Source: an uncultured Candidatus Rokubacteria bacterium (GTDB lineage: Bacteria; Methylomirabilota; Methylomirabilia; Rokubacteriales; CSP1-6). From it: a stretch of 64,000 nt of DNA. Both the position numbers and the translations under genes were made by a program. Positions within the stretch are counted from its first letter, which is position 1. Every line of letters starts with the position of its first letter. Positions 58,995-64,000 of this stretch are shown here, piece by piece. The notes beneath the pieces were generated by a model. It did no database searches and was not told where the DNA came from. It saw only the letters and a list, made by a program, of their open reading frames with translations. The stretch covers positions 256,001-320,000 of the forward strand of contig CAVWFS010000008.1 of NCBI GenBank assembly GCA_963754315.1, in the 5' to 3' direction.

Positions 58995-60227
58995 GTGAAG
59001 ACGCTGGCGATTCTGGTTGGTGGAGGCCCGGCTCCCGGGATCAATGCGGTCATCGCGGCGGCGACCATTGAGGCGCGCAATCATGGGCTTCGGGTGCTCG
59101 GCTGCTACGACGGCTTCCGCTGGCTCATGGCCGGTGACACCACCCACGTGGTCGAGCTGGAGATCGCCGACGTGTCCCGCATTCACTTCGAGGGCGGCTC
59201 CATCTTGCGCACGTCCCGCGCCAATCCCGCGCGGAATCCCGACGGGCCCCGCCGGGTGGCGGAGACGCTGCAAGCCCTCGGCGTCGACCACCTCATCGCC
59301 ATCGGCGGCGACGACACCGCTTTCGCGGCCTCCCGGGTGGCCCATGCTCGCTCCGGCCTCACGGTGGCCCATGTGCCCAAGACGATCGACAACGACCTGC
59401 CTCTGCCGAGCGATATCGCCACCTTCGGATTCACCACGGCCTGCGATCTGGGCAAAGACCTCGTGCGAAACCTGATGCAAGATGCCGTGACGACGGAGAA
59501 ATGGTTCTTCGTCACCGTCATGGGCCGGCATGCCGGTCACCTTGCTCTTGGTATCGGCGGTGCCGCCGGCGCCACCCTGACCGTCATCGCGGAGGAGTTT
59601 CCCCAACCTACCGTTGACCTTCAGGACCTCGTCGATCTCCTCGAGGGCGCCATCCTCAAGAGGCGGATGCAGGGGCGCGAGCAAGGGGTGGCGATCCTGT
59701 CCGAAGGCCTGGCGGAGAAGCTCGATGCCGCGACCTTGGGGTCGGCCGAGCGGGACGCCTACGGGAACGTGCGGAGCCTCACCGAGCTCGAGCTTGGTCG
59801 CGTGCTCAAGGAACGGGTGACGGCCAGTCTCCGGGCGCGCAAGATCGACGTCACCATCGTGGCCAAGGACCTGGGCTACGAATTGCGTTGTGCGCCGCCG
59901 GGCGCCCACGACATCCAGTACAGCCGCAGCCTCGGATACTGGGCGACGCGCTTCCTGCTCGATGGCGGCAGCAACGCCATGGTGACCATCCAGGCTGGTC
60001 GCCTGGTGCCGGTGCCGTTCGGTCTGATGATCGATCCTCGGACGGGACGGATTCGTGTCCGCTACGTCGACGTGGAGTCCGAGGCCTACCAGACGCTTGC
60101 CGCCTACATGATTCGCCTCAAACCGGAGGACTTCGAGCAGCCGGAGATGGTGACCGCCCTGGCTCGGGCCGGCAATATGACGGAGGACGAGCTCACCGCT
60201 CGTTTCGGGCGCCTGGCGCGGCGCTGA
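58995..60227 (+). CDS. pfp: Phosphofructokinase, probably PPi-dependent
   Basis: GGGPAPGIN, GGDDT (Asp diagnostic of PPi use), PKTIDND, MGRHAG, LGYELR. Confidence 0.87.
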   Translation: MKTLAILVGGGPAPGINAVIAAATIEARNHGLRVLGCYDGFRWLMAGDTTHVVELEIADVSRIHFEGGSILRTSRANPARNPDGPRRVAETLQALGVDHLIAIGGDDTAFAASRVAHARSGLTVAHVPKTIDNDLPLPSDIATFGFTTACDLGKDLVRNLMQDAVTTEKWFFVTVMGRHAGHLALGIGGAAGATLTVIAEEFPQPTVDLQDLVDLLEGAILKRRMQGREQGVAILSEGLAEKLDAATLGSAERDAYGNVRSLTELELGRVLKERVTASLRARKIDVTIVAKDLGYELRCAPPGAHDIQYSRSLGYWATRFLLDGGSNAMVTIQAGRLVPVPFGLMIDPRTGRIRVRYVDVESEAYQTLAAYMIRLKPEDFEQPEMVTALARAGNMTEDELTARFGRLARR

Positions 60228-60375
60228 TCGCTCGTCCGGGCGATCTGCCTGGATCGTCTATTGCAACAGCATGAAGATCCGCAGGGCGGCTGGCCTTCGC
60301 CCGGACCCCGCGCTACGCTTTGAGTGTAGCTACATCGTCTCGCCCACAGCCGTCCGCATGGCAAAGGAGGTAGTG

Positions 60376-60738
60376 ATGGCAAACCCGTTCGTGCACGTGG
60401 AGCTCCACACGAGCGACCTGGCGCGCGCCAGGCAGTTCTACACGGCCCTGTTTGGTTGGAAGCTGGAGGACATGTCGATGCCTGAAGGCACCTACACGAT
60501 GATCGACGTCGGAGACGGGACCGGGGGCGGCATGATGCACAGCCACCCGGGAGAGCCGCCGCACTGGATGGCCTACGTCGGCGTCGATGACATCAAAGCG
60601 TCGACCAAGAAGGCCCGGGATCTCGGCGCCAAGGTGGTCGCGGATGTGATGGAGGTCGGGACGCATGGCTGGATGAGCGTGATCACCGATCCCACCGGCG
60701 CCACCATCGCCATGTGGCAATCGAAGAATCCCACGTAA
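60376..60738 (+). CDS. VOC/glyoxalase family protein
   Basis: PFVHVEL, FYTALFGW, GGGMM, WMAYVGVDDI, DPTGA; AGGAGG RBS. Confidence 0.88.
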   Translation: MANPFVHVELHTSDLARARQFYTALFGWKLEDMSMPEGTYTMIDVGDGTGGGMMHSHPGEPPHWMAYVGVDDIKASTKKARDLGAKVVADVMEVGTHGWMSVITDPTGATIAMWQSKNPT

Positions 60739-60810
60739 CCTGGACGGGTGTCACCACTTCTTCACCCCGGCGACATCGCTCTGTAATCGTCCTCTCCGAT
60801 GATGCGCCTG

Positions 60811-60844
60811 GTCGCCGCAGCCCCGATCCCGGGGCTGCGGCGGC
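60811..60844. terminator. GC-rich stem-loop between co-directional genes
   Basis: GTCGCCGCAGCCCCG-atcc-CGGGGCTGCGGCGGC; no U-tract. Confidence 0.45.
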
Positions 60845-60911
60845 AATGCCCGAGTTCAATGCACGCTATCACCCGACGCACTGATTGGACTGCCACCTCG
60901 AGGCCGACTGC

Positions 60912-62119
60912 ATGAATGCTAACGAACGGGACGAGAGCTCGCCTACGAGGGGCTCAAAGTTGCCGATCTGTCGCAGGGGGTGGCTGGACCTCATTGCGGC
61001 ATGCTCCTCGCCCTCAATGGCGCCGACGTGGTCAAGGTGGAACCACCCGAGGGCGACTGGGGGCGGGGCATCGGGCGCCGCCACGGAGACTTCAGCGCTT
61101 ACGGCGTGGCCTTCAATCGGGGCAAGCGCAGCCTGTGCGTCGACCTCAAGCGGCCCGAGGGCCGGGACGTCGTGGCAAAGCTCGTGGCCAGAGTTGACGT
61201 GGTCGTCGAGAACAACCGGCCGGGAGTGCTCGCGCGCTTCGGACTCGACTACGAGACCGTGCGGCGCGTGAATCCCGACATCGTCTACGTCTCCGTCACG
61301 GGCTTCGGCCCGGAGGGACCGAATCGCGATCTGCCTGCCACCGATTCGATTCTCCAGGCCTACTCCGGACTCATGTCGGTGAATCGTGATGCGACGGGCA
61401 TGCCGCAGCGCATCGGCGTGCTGGTGATCGACGTCGTGACCGGCCTCTATGCCTACCAGGCAGTGGCGACGGCCCTCTACCGGCGCGCCACGCGCGGGGG
61501 CGGCCGCCACATCGGCGTGAGCCTCATGGACGCGATCGCCGCCGTGCAGGCAGGCAAGATGGTCGAGTACGCTCTCGAAGGGGGCAAGGAGCAGCCGGCG
61601 GGAGTTCCGGTGGCAACGTTCGAGGCCGCCGACGGCTTCATGAACATCAACGCGCGCCGAGACCCACATTTCACGGCGCTGTGTCGCCTCCTCGGGCTCG
61701 ACGAGCTCGCCACCGATCCCCGCTACGCGACGGCCGCGGCGCGGCTCACGCATGAGGCCGAGCTGATGCCGCGTCTGCGAGAGCAGGTCAAGGCCCGGTC
61801 GATGCGCGACCTCGAGGCGGCGTTGAGGGCGGGTGACGTGCTCCATGCCCCCGTCAACGACTATGGCCGCTACTTCGATGATGCGCACGTGACCGCCTCC
61901 GGGGCGCTGGCGTGGGTCGAGCATCCGCAGGTGGGACGGATCCCTCTGCCGCGCATTCCCGGGTTGTCGCAGCCCGCCCCGGCTTCGTCAGCGGCGCGGA
62001 GCCCGGCCATCGGCGAGCACACGCGCGAGGTCCTGGCCGAGCTTGGTATTGCCCCCGAGGAGATCGTCGCTCTGGAGACGGCAGGGGCGGCGCGGTCAGC
62101 CGCGGCGCAGCCGGGTTGA
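60912..62119 (+). CDS. Family III CoA-transferase (5' end probably frameshifted near 60930)
   Basis: YEGLKVADLSQGVAGP lies upstream of the ORF-track start. NRGKRS, ENNRPG, VIDVVTG, PAIGEHT. Confidence 0.87.
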
Positions 62120-63235
62120 GGAGAGGTCGATTCGGAAGTCCGTTTCGGGAATCGCTGAGAAGAGCCCGCGGTACTCGGGGGGAATGGGCGCCTCGCCGAC
62201 CGTCGTGAATTGTCCCGCGTCATCGGCGCGTCCGGCCACCAGGAACCGGCAGCCAAGACCGGCGATCTCGTCCAGCGCCTCACGCATCGCCGCCTCGCTG
62301 TTTGCGTAGTACCGCGACCGGACGATGCGTTCGGCAGTGTCAGCGCCGACCACGAACGTCGTTCCGGGAAAGAGGCGAGCCTTCTCCCGAAAGGTAGGGG
62401 CACGCGTCAGCTCCAGCACATGCGGTGGCTCGAACTGTCGCAGCCGTCGCGTCACCTCCGCCTCGCCGAGAGGAGGCTTGTCGACGTTGGTGACCGACAG
62501 CTCGAAGGCGACGGGAGTTCCGAGCCTGCGAGAGGCGACCTGGGCCAGCCCGAGGTGACCCGCGTGTAACGGATTGAACGAGCCAGGTAAAAGGGCGCGT
62601 GGAATGGGCGCACCGCGCACGAGCCCACCGTCGGCGCACGAAGTCAGCCTGTCGATTGCCCCGGCCAGCAGTTGCGCCATCAGGTCGGGCGGCGGACTCT
62701 GACCCTCGGTAAACCGGTCACCAAGGTCGAGGAGGCTGTTCGTGCTCGGCGCGGCGATCCCGCACGCCCGGGCCAGCACGGTGACGATCACCCGCGCCAC
62801 GATGTCTTCCTCTGTCCCCCGGTCGCGCCGATCCTTCTCCAACACGATGGACGTCACATCGAGACCCTGCTCGCTGGCGACGGCGATATGGCAGCGATGA
62901 TCGCCCTTCTTGGGCCGGTCGCTAGCCAGGCTTGCCGTCGCGCCGAGTCCGACGGTGGCGGTCGCCTCCGGGGCGAGAGCCCGGGCGCGTTCCTGAGCGC
63001 GCCGGGCCATGGCCACGGCGGTCTCCTCGCTGCACGCCTGATCAGGAACGCCGGCGAGATACTGGGCGAGGGCAGCGCCGTCGTACGGCACGATTGCCTC
63101 GAGGAGCGTGCGCGAGGCGCCCGGCACGCGCAGCAGTTGGCTGATCGCGCCGCTACCACCGCCGGTGATGGCCAGCACCACGCGCCGGCCAGAGGCGTGC
63201 ACCTGCTCGATGAGACGTCGCCAGACGTCGTCCAT
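62096..63235 (-). CDS. CinA/PncC-like domain fused to an HxGH nucleotidyltransferase (NMNAT-like) domain
   Basis: AITGGG..LLRVPGASRTLLEA..ACSEETAVAMA; PGSFNPLHAGH, NVDKP, VVGADT, LVAGR, DLSSTRLR. Confidence 0.8.
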   Translation of the reverse strand: MDDVWRRLIEQVHASGRRVVLAITGGGSGAISQLLRVPGASRTLLEAIVPYDGAALAQYLAGVPDQACSEETAVAMARRAQERARALAPEATATVGLGATASLASDRPKKGDHRCHIAVASEQGLDVTSIVLEKDRRDRGTEEDIVARVIVTVLARACGIAAPSTNSLLDLGDRFTEGQSPPPDLMAQLLAGAIDRLTSCADGGLVRGAPIPRALLPGSFNPLHAGHLGLAQVASRRLGTPVAFELSVTNVDKPPLGEAEVTRRLRQFEPPHVLELTRAPTFREKARLFPGTTFVVGADTAERIVRSRYYANSEAAMREALDEIAGLGCRFLVAGRADDAGQFTTVGEAPIPPEYRGLFSAIPETDFRIDLSSTRLRRG

Positions 63236-63245
63236 CGCGGATGCT

Positions 63246-63695
63246 TCAGTATCGGCCGCCCAGCTTGGTGTGATCCCAGCTCACGACCTTCTCGGGGACG
63301 ATCTTGAGGAGCACTCGCTTCGGAGCGCTCGCCGCCGCCGCCGGCGACGGACCTCGGGCGCCCCGCTCCTGGGCCATGTGGGCAAAGGCGGCCTTCACGG
63401 CCTCGACGTCGTCGATGATCTCGCACCGCCCGCGGATCATTACCCCGCGCAGCTCGGCGTAACCGGAGCCGGTCTCGACCATCAGCGCGACCTTGGGGTT
63501 GCGCCGGATGTTCACCACCTTCTGGGCCTTGCCATACGAGGTCATGTAGAAGGCCCCGTCCTTCACGAAAAAGTTCATGCCCACCACGTGGGGGAATCCA
63601 TTCTGGTCGATGGTGGCCAGGGCGGCCTTGTGGTGCTCACGCAGGAAGGTCGCTTGCTCGTCGGAGCTCAGCTGGATGTTCGAGCGTCGGCTCAT
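63246..63695 (-). CDS. Pyridoxamine 5'-phosphate oxidase-like split-barrel protein (putative F420-binding)
   Basis: LATIDQNGFPH, QKVVNIRRNPKV, YAELRGV, SWDHTKL. Confidence 0.85.
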   Translation of the reverse strand: MSRRSNIQLSSDEQATFLREHHKAALATIDQNGFPHVVGMNFFVKDGAFYMTSYGKAQKVVNIRRNPKVALMVETGSGYAELRGVMIRGRCEIIDDVEAVKAAFAHMAQERGARGPSPAAAASAPKRVLLKIVPEKVVSWDHTKLGGRY

Positions 63696-63705
63696 GGAGA
63701 ATCCC

Positions 63706-64000
63706 TCAGAACAGGGGGCTGTTCGATTCGAGGCCGAGAATGGTCCGGCCCACCGCCTCGTAGTTCACGAACTGCAGCTGATTGTGGCGGGTGACCACCT
63801 CGGCATCGCGCGCGTACCGCTCCAGGGGACTGCTCGCGAAGATGGAAGTGGTGCCGGCCGCCACGCACACCATGTGAGTCGCCCGGGCCGCGCTCTGGGC
63901 GGCATGGGTCATGGCCATCCGCAGATCCGAGCGCTGGCGCTCGGTGACGAGGTCGCCAGCCACCACGGTCTGCCACATCTGGCCGACCACGTCGAACAGG
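63706..64000 (-). CDS. Acyl-CoA dehydrogenase-like flavin monooxygenase, C-terminal part (5'-truncated by the window edge)
   Basis: LRMAMTHAAQSA...AAGTTSIFASSPLERYARDA..TRHNQ. Confidence 0.75.
   Translation of the reverse strand, partial: LFDVVGQMWQTVVAGDLVTERQRSDLRMAMTHAAQSAARATHMVCVAAGTTSIFASSPLERYARDAEVVTRHNQLQFVNYEAVGRTILGLESNSPLF

Overview
High-GC, gene-dense bacterial window with about 60 CDS and no rRNA, tRNA, CRISPR array, integrase or transposase. Most genes are unlinked catabolic or accessory enzymes: four LLM oxidoreductases, two amidases, two MetE-like Zn enzymes, two family III CoA-transferases, two crotonases, a Rieske oxygenase, TauD and PhyH dioxygenases, two Mo enzymes, a sulfatase, GGT, an M81 peptidase and MFS transporters. 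argR, alaX, cinA, a PPi-type PFK and 2-oxoacid dehydrogenase E1beta/E2 are also present. This repertoire resembles Rokubacteria/Methylomirabilota-type soil genomes (inference only). Small TA or defence-like modules sit between the enzyme genes, several with apparent leaderless promoters. The best is a homologue of the M. tuberculosis MenA1-MenT1 tRNA-nucleotidyltransferase system, with Ala at the catalytic Asp41 position. Others are a second small-protein + nucleotidyltransferase pair, two VapBC pairs with visible operators, a DUF4258/DUF2283-like pair with an in-frame amber codon next to mrr, an internally deleted DUF5674-like gene with its partner, and a Uma2 nuclease. A REP/BIME-like palindromic repeat family occurs at 19.5 and 24.8 kb. 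From about 28 kb onward many genes carry 1-nt frameshifts, most simply long-read consensus errors, so all pseudogene claims need read-level checks. Family assignments are from motif recognition and recalled reference sequences; no database search was run.
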